In this document: piece after piece, positions 30,674-38,930 of the stretch
How positions within the stretch are numbered: the first letter of the stretch is position 1
Layout: each line of letters begins with the position of its first letter
Source: Deltaproteobacteria bacterium
GTDB lineage: Bacteria > Desulfobacterota > Binatia > HRBIN30 > CADEER01
Direction: 5' to 3'
NCBI GenBank assembly: GCA_029262455.1
Contig: JAJCZJ010000020.1
Coordinates: 325,078-389,077, forward strand
DNA: 64,000 nt
The notes under the pieces: generated by a model
What the model was told of the DNA's origin: nothing
The model's database searches: none
The model's input: only the letters and a program-made list of their open reading frames with translations
Program-made: the position numbers and the translations under genes

Positions 30674-31942
30674 ATGCCGACATTTGTTGGCGACACCTTA
30701 CCGGAGGCGCTTCGAGCCTTGGACTGCTCAAAATCCATCGAAACTCGTGTCCTGCCGCGCGCAGTGGCCTTCGGTCGCTTGCTTCTCGCTATCGCGGCGG
30801 CACTTGCCGTGGTGACAGCTCCGCATAGGGCGCCGGCAGCCCAGATCAAGTTCACGGGATTTGCCCAAATCAACGGCGCCCCGAGCGGACCGTTCGCAGC
30901 ATTCACAATGAATGAGGTCGTCGATATGACGATCACGATCGACGAGACTACGGCCGATTCGAATGGCGCCGGCGGCGCCGGATCATACAGCGATCCGACC
31001 TCGACCGCATTGTTCGAGGGACAGACCTCCGTGCAGATGGTCACTTTCACCGGCTTCGGCTTCGAACTCCTCGATTCGACGCGACTCGACCCGGCCAACG
31101 GCCTCGTCTCATCGAGCCCGAGCGCGGCGTACGTCGAGGACTGGGACCTGACCAACCTGTCGCCGATTTCGAACGTCGACGACCTTCCGACCATCATTGC
31201 CGAGTTGCCCAATGTGAACATTGGAACCGTCAGCGCCAACTTTTCGATACAACAACTGCCCGCCGGCCCGACCACGCTCTTCCTCGGGCTCAAGCCAACC
31301 GTCACGGTCACCGACTTTTGCGGCAACGGCATCGTCGAGGCCCCGGAAGCGTGTGACGATCCGGTGTGTTGCAACCCGACCTGCACCGCAATCATAGCGA
31401 ACGGAACTGAATGCCGCGCTTCAGCCGGCGTCTGTGATGTGGCCGAGACCTGCAGCAACGGCGCATGCCCCGTCGACGGCTTCGCCTCGATCGGCACCGT
31501 GTGCAACCCGTCATTGGGCGTCTGTGATCCAGAGGAAGTGTGCAGCGGCTCGAGCGCGGAATGCCCGCCGGACACGCTGACTCAGTTCACCTGTGGCACG
31601 ATCTGCGGCGCCCCGGTAGACGAGTGCGACGTTGCCGACATCTGCGTCTCCGGCAACGTCGATTGCCCACCGATGGGGACAATGTGCACACCGACACCGG
31701 TTCCGACTCCGACGCCCACGCCCGTTCCCGAAAATGGGTCCGGGGACGGGGCTTGCAGCGACGGTCTCGACAACGACAACGACAACCTCATCGACTGCGA
31801 CGACCCTGATTGCCTCGACGTCGAGGCATGCGAAACCGTGCACGCACCGACGCTCTCGCCAGGTGGATTGACGATCACCGTGCTCATCCTCGCCCTCATC
31901 GGCTTGTTGGCGATGGGGCGGGCAGTGCTCCGGAAGAACTGA
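30674..31942 (+). CDS. Secreted Cys-rich repeat protein (CGNG...ECDD myxo-type/disintegrin-like repeats) with PT linker and C-terminal TM plus basic tail (possible sorting signal)
   Basis: Internal ATG of ORF 30086..31942; the true start may be a nearer GTG. Repeats CGNGIVEAPEACDD, CRASAGVCDVAETCSNGACPVDGF and CNPSLGVCDPEEVCSGSSAECPPD, a TPTPVPTPTPTPVP linker, and a tail APTLSPGGLTITVLILALIGLLAMGRAVLRKN. Confidence 0.5.
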   Translation: MPTFVGDTLPEALRALDCSKSIETRVLPRAVAFGRLLLAIAAALAVVTAPHRAPAAQIKFTGFAQINGAPSGPFAAFTMNEVVDMTITIDETTADSNGAGGAGSYSDPTSTALFEGQTSVQMVTFTGFGFELLDSTRLDPANGLVSSSPSAAYVEDWDLTNLSPISNVDDLPTIIAELPNVNIGTVSANFSIQQLPAGPTTLFLGLKPTVTVTDFCGNGIVEAPEACDDPVCCNPTCTAIIANGTECRASAGVCDVAETCSNGACPVDGFASIGTVCNPSLGVCDPEEVCSGSSAECPPDTLTQFTCGTICGAPVDECDVADICVSGNVDCPPMGTMCTPTPVPTPTPTPVPENGSGDGACSDGLDNDNDNLIDCDDPDCLDVEACETVHAPTLSPGGLTITVLILALIGLLAMGRAVLRKN

Positions 31943-31962
31943 CGGCCGAGGTGCCTGATCAA

Positions 31963-32469
31963 ATGAGCGACTCCAAAAAGACAAGAAAGCAGCTAATCGA
32001 AGAACTCGAACAACTTCGTGGTCAAGTCGCGCAGCGACAGCAGTCGCAGTCGGACAACAGTGCACCGGCGCTTGCCGGCGACGTTTCACGACGCACCGCG
32101 CTAAAGGTCGCCTGGACCGCGCCGGTCATTTTGGCAATCCCTCTCCAGGCCGATCGCTCTGGCGCCCAACCTCCGGTCGGAACGGTGGCCCCGGGCTGTC
32201 CCACCATGACCCCGACCAACGCGGCCCCTCCGACTAGCTCGCCGACCTTGTTCCCAACGACCGCTGAGCCGACGATTTCGCCGACTCAACCAGTCCCGAC
32301 CACCAGGTTGCCAACGTCCAGTCCCACGAACGACCCGACATTGCGTCCGACCACCAGCCCGACGATCCCTGCCCCGACGGCTATGCCGACGGCGAGGCCG
32401 ACCACCAGCCCGACGATCCCTGCTCCGACGCTTTCCCCGACCCCTGGTTTCCCGACGCTTTCCCCGTAA
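31963..32469 (+). CDS. Small exported Pro/Thr/Ser-rich protein, paralog A (coiled-coil N-region plus SRRTALK Tat-like motif)
   Basis: Internal Met of ORF 31810..32469: MSDSKKTRKQLIEELEQLRGQVAQRQ...DVSRRTALKVAWTAPVILAIPLQ followed by PTTSPTIPAPT-type repeats. A paralogous N-terminus is found at 45413..45892 on the opposite strand. Confidence 0.5.
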   Translation: MSDSKKTRKQLIEELEQLRGQVAQRQQSQSDNSAPALAGDVSRRTALKVAWTAPVILAIPLQADRSGAQPPVGTVAPGCPTMTPTNAAPPTSSPTLFPTTAEPTISPTQPVPTTRLPTSSPTNDPTLRPTTSPTIPAPTAMPTARPTTSPTIPAPTLSPTPGFPTLSP

Positions 32470-32611
32470 TCATCGGCGGTCAGCCCGCAATTCGGTTGAG
32501 AAACCGCCGTCGCTTTCTTCAGAGGACTTTCATCGTCCCCGCCCAATCGTGTCGAACACCATACCGGGCCTCATCCGCGTCAGCGCAAGCACCGTTCCGA
32601 AAAGCTAGCAA

Positions 32612-33976
32612 ATGTCGTCAGGAAACAGCGTAGAAACGCCGCCTACCAACTCTGGAGACTCCCCACGAGCACGGGGTGCGGCGGCTCGGCGGGTACGTCC
32701 GCGGCAGCGGGGCGGGCTCGAGACTTTCGAAGTACACAACGAAATCGTCGTGCTTCCCGGCGAGGGGGACCGCGTTTACGCGCTGAACGAGTCCGGTAAG
32801 GAGATCTTCGGCCTCTGCGACGGTCGCCACACCCTAGAGGCAATGGTCGACCAACTGGCGTCGAGGTACGACGCGCCTGACGTCGCGATCATGGGCGACG
32901 TGTCCGCAGCGATATTCGACCTCCACGGCCTCGGGCTGGTCGATATTCCTCCACCGGCTGACGCAGCTGCATCGATCGAGCCGCAGACCTCGGTCAAGGC
33001 ACGACCCAACGTGCGTTTCGTCTTCGGCATAGAGGACGTGCCCTATTTCCACTGGCAGCTTGCCATCCTCTTCGAGTCGCTCGTCGGCCAATTGCCCGAC
33101 GGTTGGGACGTCACCGTCGTCGTTTGCAACGACGAAGCACCGATTTCCGACGAGCTCATGAAGATCGTTTCCGAGTACGGTGTTCGCATCATGACCGGCA
33201 CCAGTCTCGCCGATCGCCACAGTCTCGACTTCGCCGGCGGCGGTGATCGCTACGTTCCGATGAACCGAGTCGAAGCACTCAGCGTCATTCGGCAAATCGT
33301 CGAACCCGAAGACGTCGTTTGCCTTCTGGACACCGACGTCTTCCTGTACGGCAACCTTCAAGAACAACTCTTCCCGACCGGCAACGCAATGGCCCGCAAC
33401 TGGATCATCTCCGAAGATCGGTACTTCGCGTTCTCGACCAACAACGAACGAGGACTGTCGCTCCCGAAGCTGCTCGAAGCCCTGGGGTGCGAGCAGGAGT
33501 TCAAACCCGGTGGCGTAGCGGTCTTCTTGACGGGAGAGACGATCCAACGCGAGCGCGTCATCCCCGACATTTTCCGTTTCCTTCAGGTTCTGTTCCTGCT
33601 CGGGAAAATCGTCGACGCACCAGCGCACGGCGTTTGGGTCGCCGAAATGGCATGCTTCGCAATGGCCATGTACCCCAACGAAATCGACTACGAGCTTCTC
33701 GACATCCCGCAATTCGCCGTCCAGGAGCAGCATGCTGAAGTCGCCCCCGACGGTTCGTTCTTCCACTACTACACCGACATCAACGACGGCGGGGGATCAA
33801 ATGGTCCGTTTTTCGAATCGCAGTGGCATAAACAGTTATTTCACCAGTCCAACATGCTCCTCGAAGACTTCGACAGCTTCAGAGTGAACGCCAAAGGCCG
33901 CCTCGAGCAGCGCTTCTTCGAAATCGCCGACAAGGCGAGAAAGCGCCTTTACGGCATCGAACGCACGGGCAAGTAG
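32612..33976 (+). CDS. PqqD-like (RRE) domain fused to a DxD-containing putative glycosyltransferase domain
   Basis: Residues ~36-112 (FEVHNEIVVLPGEGDRVYALNESGKEIFGLCDGRHTLEAMVDQLASRYDAPDVAIMGDVSAAIFDLHGLGLVD) match the PqqD/RiPP-recognition-element pattern (LNETA..IWELCDG..T..EI...L...Y......DV..FL..L...GLI). The C-terminal domain has DTD and acidic motifs. Confidence 0.5.
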   Translation: MSSGNSVETPPTNSGDSPRARGAAARRVRPRQRGGLETFEVHNEIVVLPGEGDRVYALNESGKEIFGLCDGRHTLEAMVDQLASRYDAPDVAIMGDVSAAIFDLHGLGLVDIPPPADAAASIEPQTSVKARPNVRFVFGIEDVPYFHWQLAILFESLVGQLPDGWDVTVVVCNDEAPISDELMKIVSEYGVRIMTGTSLADRHSLDFAGGGDRYVPMNRVEALSVIRQIVEPEDVVCLLDTDVFLYGNLQEQLFPTGNAMARNWIISEDRYFAFSTNNERGLSLPKLLEALGCEQEFKPGGVAVFLTGETIQRERVIPDIFRFLQVLFLLGKIVDAPAHGVWVAEMACFAMAMYPNEIDYELLDIPQFAVQEQHAEVAPDGSFFHYYTDINDGGGSNGPFFESQWHKQLFHQSNMLLEDFDSFRVNAKGRLEQRFFEIADKARKRLYGIERTGK

Positions 33977-33980
33977 AGCC

Positions 33981-34598
33981 GTGTTGTCAATGTTCGATAC
34001 GCCCGCACACCTCGAGCAGCAGACGCGCGAGCAACAGGCCGCAGCCCGGTACTGCGGGCTCGGCTTCAAAAAGGCCACGCTGCCCTCCGAGGTCTTGCAA
34101 CGGTTGCGCCAACACCTGGAAACGAACAGCCGCCGATTCCGCGCCGAGGAGCCCATCGACTACCTCGTCAACCCGGACCCCGGGAAGATTCCGGCCCTTT
34201 ATTTCGAGGACAAAGAATTCAACGCCACCCTAAGTCGCGAGCTACAAGGATTGCACGAAGAGTGGGCCGGAAGGAGTCTGACCGAGTCCGCCTGCTACGG
34301 CATCCGCGTCTATCAACGCGGCAGCTTTCTCTACAACCACGTCGACCACACCGACACACACATCATCAGCTCTTCGATCTGCGTCGACCACCGCCTCGAC
34401 AAGCCGTGGCCCCTCTACGTCGAGGATATCGACGGCAATCCCCACCAGATCGATCTCGACCCTGGCGACATACTGTTCTACGAGGGAGCCCGCCTGCGAC
34501 ACGGCCGTGCCTATCCACTCGAGGGTGACTACTACGCATCCATTTTCGTCCACTATCGACCCGCAAATCTCTGGTCTTCGCGGCTCGTTGGCACCTAG
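33981..34598 (+). CDS. 2OG-Fe(II) oxygenase superfamily protein (PhyH/P4H-like)
   Basis: YNHVDHTD (HxD) followed by a distal H in LRHGR and a jelly-roll-like spacing. Alternative ATG start at 33990. Confidence 0.55.
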   Translation: MLSMFDTPAHLEQQTREQQAAARYCGLGFKKATLPSEVLQRLRQHLETNSRRFRAEEPIDYLVNPDPGKIPALYFEDKEFNATLSRELQGLHEEWAGRSLTESACYGIRVYQRGSFLYNHVDHTDTHIISSSICVDHRLDKPWPLYVEDIDGNPHQIDLDPGDILFYEGARLRHGRAYPLEGDYYASIFVHYRPANLWSSRLVGT

Positions 34599-34640
34599 TC
34601 GCCGATTTCGTTAAGAACACCCGAAAACGCAGTATTACTC

Positions 34641-36644
34641 GTGAGACATCTACTCTATACAAACTACCAGTCCGGTCAGTCGGGTTTGAGCAACGGCATC
34701 ATGTCGATCGAGCTGGGCGTGGTCCTCGCGTTCCTGACGAATCGGTTTCTCCTGCTCGATGGCAACATCTCCCCGCCGGCCAATATCGTGTCGTACGGCG
34801 ATCGAGTCGACAACAGCCAGCCGAGCCGCGTCACCGACCTGATCGACCTACCGGTCGCCTGGAGTGAGCCAGGAAGCGTCGACGTGTCCAAGTTGCCGTT
34901 CCTCGAATTGAGCGACGACCATCTGGGGAGTGCCGCGTTCTATGTCCCCGGCACCGTCGACATCCGATCCGCCGACGCGGAAGCGTTCGCCAACGGCAGG
35001 ACAGTGTGGCTCAACGCTGGCGGCTCGCTCGACGAGATCCCGGTGCTGCGAGTGTCCGAGGATCACAGCAAAGACAATCTTCGATACAATCTCAACTACT
35101 ACTCGTACTTCTTCTACCTCGACGACGAAACGCGTCGCTCCGTCTACCGCATGCTCGAGCGGATGCAACCAAAGCAGGACCTAGGGGAGCTGGCGAAGCG
35201 CGTCGCCGGCGATCTCGGAGCATTCAACGCGGTGCACTTGCGACGCGGTGACTTCAAGGTGACCTATGGAGTCACCACCCTCGACCGTCAACCTTGGGAA
35301 GCAATCGAGGCGCTCGAGCATCACTTCAAACGCGACGACACTCTGGTCTTCGTGACCGACGAGCGCGACGACCCGTTCTTCGACGAGATCAAGAAGGTCT
35401 ATACGCATCACGTATTCATCGATCACCACATCCTCGACGACTACGAGAAGGACTTCGCCGCATTGCAGCACCGCGACAGCATCGCCTTGGCCTATCTTTC
35501 CCAGCTCGTGGCGGCCGAATCCGCCGACTTCATTGGCACCATGACCAGCACGTTCACCGCCATCATCCAGCGCTACCGCGGCAATCGCGGCAAGGCCGAG
35601 AGTTTCAAGTACCTTTGGAACGAGCTCCCGGACGACGGCGATCGTCTCGAACGCGGCCGTCATCCGGTTAGTGAGTGCGTCCCGATGGACCGCGGCATGA
35701 TGGTCGAAGAGTCGTCGGGTCCGTACTCATGGAATCGCTACAACAAGAGGATCGCCGCCAACTGGATGCGCGAATGGCCCGAAAGTTTTCTGACCCAAGA
35801 GAGCCTCGAAACCGGCAAATTGACGACCGGGGCCAGCCCCGTTGCCCGCCCCATCGTTCTGGTTCGTCCCGAAAGGACGAAAGTCGAGGTCGCGTTCGAC
35901 GGCTTGAGCATCATTCTAAACTCGCAAGTGCCTCGCGTTGCGACCAAGCTGAGCGAAGCCTTCGAATCACGCCAAGCTGCGAGTCCAGCGAACGTCATCG
36001 GGGAGTTCGAGGTTGCTGAAGAAGACGGCGACTTCCGTCTTCTGCAACGCGGCCAGGAAATCGCCACCGCAGCAAGCTACGAGGAGTTGGCGCGCACGTT
36101 AAAACTCCGCATGGTGCCGATCTTTGTCGGTGCGCGCCGCCGGCACGTGTGGCTGGAAGCTTTTTCCTTCCGTAGAGCAGGCCATGCGCTGGTTCTCGCC
36201 GGCGACATGGGTCCTCCATCGGACTGGCTGCCGGACGCCATGTGCTCGAACGGCTGGGAGCTGCTGTGGGACGAGATCGTCCCGATCCGCCTGGAAGACT
36301 GTACCGTCACACCGTTCGGCCGCACGACCTGGCCGAAGGGCGCAGCCCTGCGCATCGACCGTACGCCCTGTCGCGTCAGCGGCCTGATCGTCACCAGCCG
36401 ACAAGTCCAGCGCCGCGACACCTTGACCGTCTTGTCCCCAGCCACCGGGGTGGCGGAGTTGATCGGCCGCTGCGTCGACTTCCGCACCGACCGCAAGCGG
36501 GCGGTAGAACGCCTGTGCAAGCTGGTCGAGAAACGAACCGTAGGCAGACTGTCCTTCAGCCGCGCCGAGACCGCTGTCGATCTCCTCACGCGCCCCTTCC
36601 TCGACGCGGAGCGTGAGTCCGCCCACGGTACAAAGTCTGCATGA
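34641..36644 (+). CDS. Fucosyltransferase-superfamily GT-B (O-FucT-like) domain plus ~250-aa C-terminal domain of unknown function
   Basis: N-terminal QSGLSNGIMSIELGVVLAFLTNRFLLL resembles the GGLxNQ block of O-FucT/POFUT-like GTs. HLRRGDF matches the H-x-R-R-G-D motif shared by GT11/GT23/GT65/GT68. The C-terminal region has no recognised motif. Confidence 0.45.
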   Translation: MRHLLYTNYQSGQSGLSNGIMSIELGVVLAFLTNRFLLLDGNISPPANIVSYGDRVDNSQPSRVTDLIDLPVAWSEPGSVDVSKLPFLELSDDHLGSAAFYVPGTVDIRSADAEAFANGRTVWLNAGGSLDEIPVLRVSEDHSKDNLRYNLNYYSYFFYLDDETRRSVYRMLERMQPKQDLGELAKRVAGDLGAFNAVHLRRGDFKVTYGVTTLDRQPWEAIEALEHHFKRDDTLVFVTDERDDPFFDEIKKVYTHHVFIDHHILDDYEKDFAALQHRDSIALAYLSQLVAAESADFIGTMTSTFTAIIQRYRGNRGKAESFKYLWNELPDDGDRLERGRHPVSECVPMDRGMMVEESSGPYSWNRYNKRIAANWMREWPESFLTQESLETGKLTTGASPVARPIVLVRPERTKVEVAFDGLSIILNSQVPRVATKLSEAFESRQAASPANVIGEFEVAEEDGDFRLLQRGQEIATAASYEELARTLKLRMVPIFVGARRRHVWLEAFSFRRAGHALVLAGDMGPPSDWLPDAMCSNGWELLWDEIVPIRLEDCTVTPFGRTTWPKGAALRIDRTPCRVSGLIVTSRQVQRRDTLTVLSPATGVAELIGRCVDFRTDRKRAVERLCKLVEKRTVGRLSFSRAETAVDLLTRPFLDAERESAHGTKSA

Positions 36645-37630
36645 CAGACCAAGCAACCGCACCGCGCCAGATCGACATCCGCATCTCCACCATCGGCGGG
36701 CACGAGTATCGGTTGAATCTCCGCGAAGACGCCGTCCATTTGCGCGACCTCTTTACTCGATTCGTCAACCGACCGGCGACTGGGGCTGTCCGAGCTCCTG
36801 AATTCATCCAACTGCCCCTCGACGGAGGCAACGCTTCCTGCACGATCGCCGTCGATCAGATTGTGTCGATCGTCACCACGCCACCAGTCGTCATCGAAGT
36901 GCAACAACCCGCCGTCGAGCCAAACGTAATTCCAGATGTGCCGGCAGTGGTCGCGCCACCCCAGATCCGGCGCGCACACTACACGGTGATCGACGACTTT
37001 CTCACCGTCGATGAGCACCGAGACATGCTGGCGTTGGCATTGAGCGAGAAGGACAGCTTCGAACCCGGTACGGTGCAGGGTGAACCGAGTCCACACCGAC
37101 GAAACAGCGTCATCATGAACTTCGCAGACTCGGCGCACGGAACACTGCTGACAAGTCGTCTGCTCGTTTGGTTTCCATTGATCGCAAAGGCGCTGAAGGA
37201 ACCACTGTTTCCGCTCAAGACGGTCGAGTCGCAACTGACCGCCGCCAACGACGGAGACTACTATAAGCCTCACCTCGATACCGACGGGAAGACCCCCGAT
37301 TTCCGGGTCATCGCGTGCGTCTACTATTTCTTCCGCGAGCCAAAAGGGTTCACGGGCGGCGACCTACGCCTCTATGATTCCATCGAAACAGGTGGCGAAA
37401 TCTGTCAGGCGGATTCCTTCCAAGACATTCGGCCGGCAAGCAATCGCTTGGTCGCATTCACCTGCGAGACCTTCCACGAGCTGCTCGCGACTCGCTGCCC
37501 GTCCAAGGATATCGAAGACAGTCGTTTTGCGGTGACCGCGTGGTTTCACCGCAGCGGCGCACCGGACCCCGACGCCAAGTTCGGTTGGGGACATTATCGT
37601 TGCGGCGAAGTTCCGGAGGCACTGCGGTGA
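36641..37630 (+). CDS. Novel ~80-aa N-terminal domain fused to a prolyl-4-hydroxylase-like 2OG-Fe(II) oxygenase
   Basis: C-terminal domain has YYKPHLDTD (HxD), GGDLRLY, NRLVAF..ETFHEL (second His) and RFAVTAWF (2OG-binding Arg), which is the P4H pattern. The N-terminus IDIRISTIGGHEYRLNL...LRDL...QLPLDGGNASCTIAVDQIVSIVTTPP is paralogous to the N-terminus of the 29406 protein. ATGA overlap with the upstream gene. Confidence 0.6.
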   Translation: MTDQATAPRQIDIRISTIGGHEYRLNLREDAVHLRDLFTRFVNRPATGAVRAPEFIQLPLDGGNASCTIAVDQIVSIVTTPPVVIEVQQPAVEPNVIPDVPAVVAPPQIRRAHYTVIDDFLTVDEHRDMLALALSEKDSFEPGTVQGEPSPHRRNSVIMNFADSAHGTLLTSRLLVWFPLIAKALKEPLFPLKTVESQLTAANDGDYYKPHLDTDGKTPDFRVIACVYYFFREPKGFTGGDLRLYDSIETGGEICQADSFQDIRPASNRLVAFTCETFHELLATRCPSKDIEDSRFAVTAWFHRSGAPDPDAKFGWGHYRCGEVPEALR

Positions 37631-37802
37631 GCAACGCGAGGGCTCGCTGCTCGAGACCACCGATCCTCGCGCTTTCGACCAAAGGTAGCGAAGGCGCGCC
37701 CCCCGCCGCACCGGGTACTGTCATCAGCAGCCGGCGAGTCAGCCACCTCGCTTTCGCAGGCTTGACCGAAGCCCCCGGGATCAGAGGCAGAGTGCGTTTG
37801 TC

Positions 37803-38930
37803 ATGATCTTCACGGTTTTCGTCGCACCGGTCGAACCAACGCAACAGTGGCGTGCCGATCTCCTCGAATACTCATGGCGACGCATCAAGCAGAGCGGCGA
37901 ACTGATCCGGCTGGCGCCAACCGCCCCCGGACGCGCACCAGGTAGCAGAGGGAGAGTCGGGAGAACCGTCAAAACGTTCGACTGGAACCCCCACCCGTAC
38001 ACCCAGGACGTGTACGCCGGCTATCAGACAACCGCCGGCGTACTCGAGTGGTTGTTCAACGAGCCGGCCGAAGGAACAGTCCTTTTGCTGGATTCGAGCT
38101 GCATCCTACGCCACCCGGTTACAGCAGAGGTCGAACCAGGCCACGTGCGCGGGTCGTCGTGGCCGGAGATCCCACTTGGCACGGACGGCCCATTCGGCCT
38201 GCATGATGATCTGAAGTTTCTCGAATCCTATTGCGTCAACCGCAAGCTCCCCCTCGCTCCCGTGCGGATGCCGATTTTGATCCACACGGCGGACCTGCGA
38301 AAAATCGCGGCGCGCTGGCTCGAGCTTACGGCGTTGATTCGATCCCATGCCGTAGGCGTTCACGGAAAATACCTTCATGCAGATCGCGTCGCCTACACCG
38401 TCGCCGCCGCCGAATACCGCATCCTCCACACCCTTGACGACCTCGGCACTACGACGTCGGATACCGGCAAAGACGTTCCGATCGTCGACTACAGCACACC
38501 GATCAAGTCCAAACAGGGAGAGATCGTCTGGGACCGAAAGGTCTATCGACCATGGGAGGCAGTCTACACCGAAAATGCGCGCGCAGGCGCAGGCAGAGAC
38601 GTACTCGGGATCCTGAACGAGATGGTGACGCGCCGCGAATCGGGAGCCGAGCTTGCGGCAACACGTCCACAGCGGTGCTACGGGGTGCGGGAAGCACGAA
38701 TTCTCGACGACATTCATCTCGAAGTACCTGGGTGTGCCGACTTGATGTCGCTGAATCAATCCGCGGCTGCCATCTGGGAGCTGTGCAACGGCGAGAACAC
38801 ACTCGCCGAGATCGTCAGCGAGCTCGAGAGACAATTCGACGCGTCACGCGAAACCCTCATGACATCCGTCGAATCGACGGCGAGGGATTTGGAAAGCTCA
38901 GGTGCCATCGAGCTGGAGGAGCTGTTCTGA
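37803..38930 (+). CDS. Unassigned N-terminal (possibly glycosyltransferase) domain with C-terminal PqqD-like (RRE) domain
   Basis: C-terminal 83 aa ILDDIHLEVPGCADLMSLNQSAAAIWELCNGENTLAEIVSELERQFDASRETLMTSVESTARDLESSGAIELEE match the PqqD pattern. N-terminal ~290 aa begin MIFTVFVAPVEPTQQWRADLLEYSWRRIKQSG. Confidence 0.5.
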   Translation: MIFTVFVAPVEPTQQWRADLLEYSWRRIKQSGELIRLAPTAPGRAPGSRGRVGRTVKTFDWNPHPYTQDVYAGYQTTAGVLEWLFNEPAEGTVLLLDSSCILRHPVTAEVEPGHVRGSSWPEIPLGTDGPFGLHDDLKFLESYCVNRKLPLAPVRMPILIHTADLRKIAARWLELTALIRSHAVGVHGKYLHADRVAYTVAAAEYRILHTLDDLGTTTSDTGKDVPIVDYSTPIKSKQGEIVWDRKVYRPWEAVYTENARAGAGRDVLGILNEMVTRRESGAELAATRPQRCYGVREARILDDIHLEVPGCADLMSLNQSAAAIWELCNGENTLAEIVSELERQFDASRETLMTSVESTARDLESSGAIELEELF

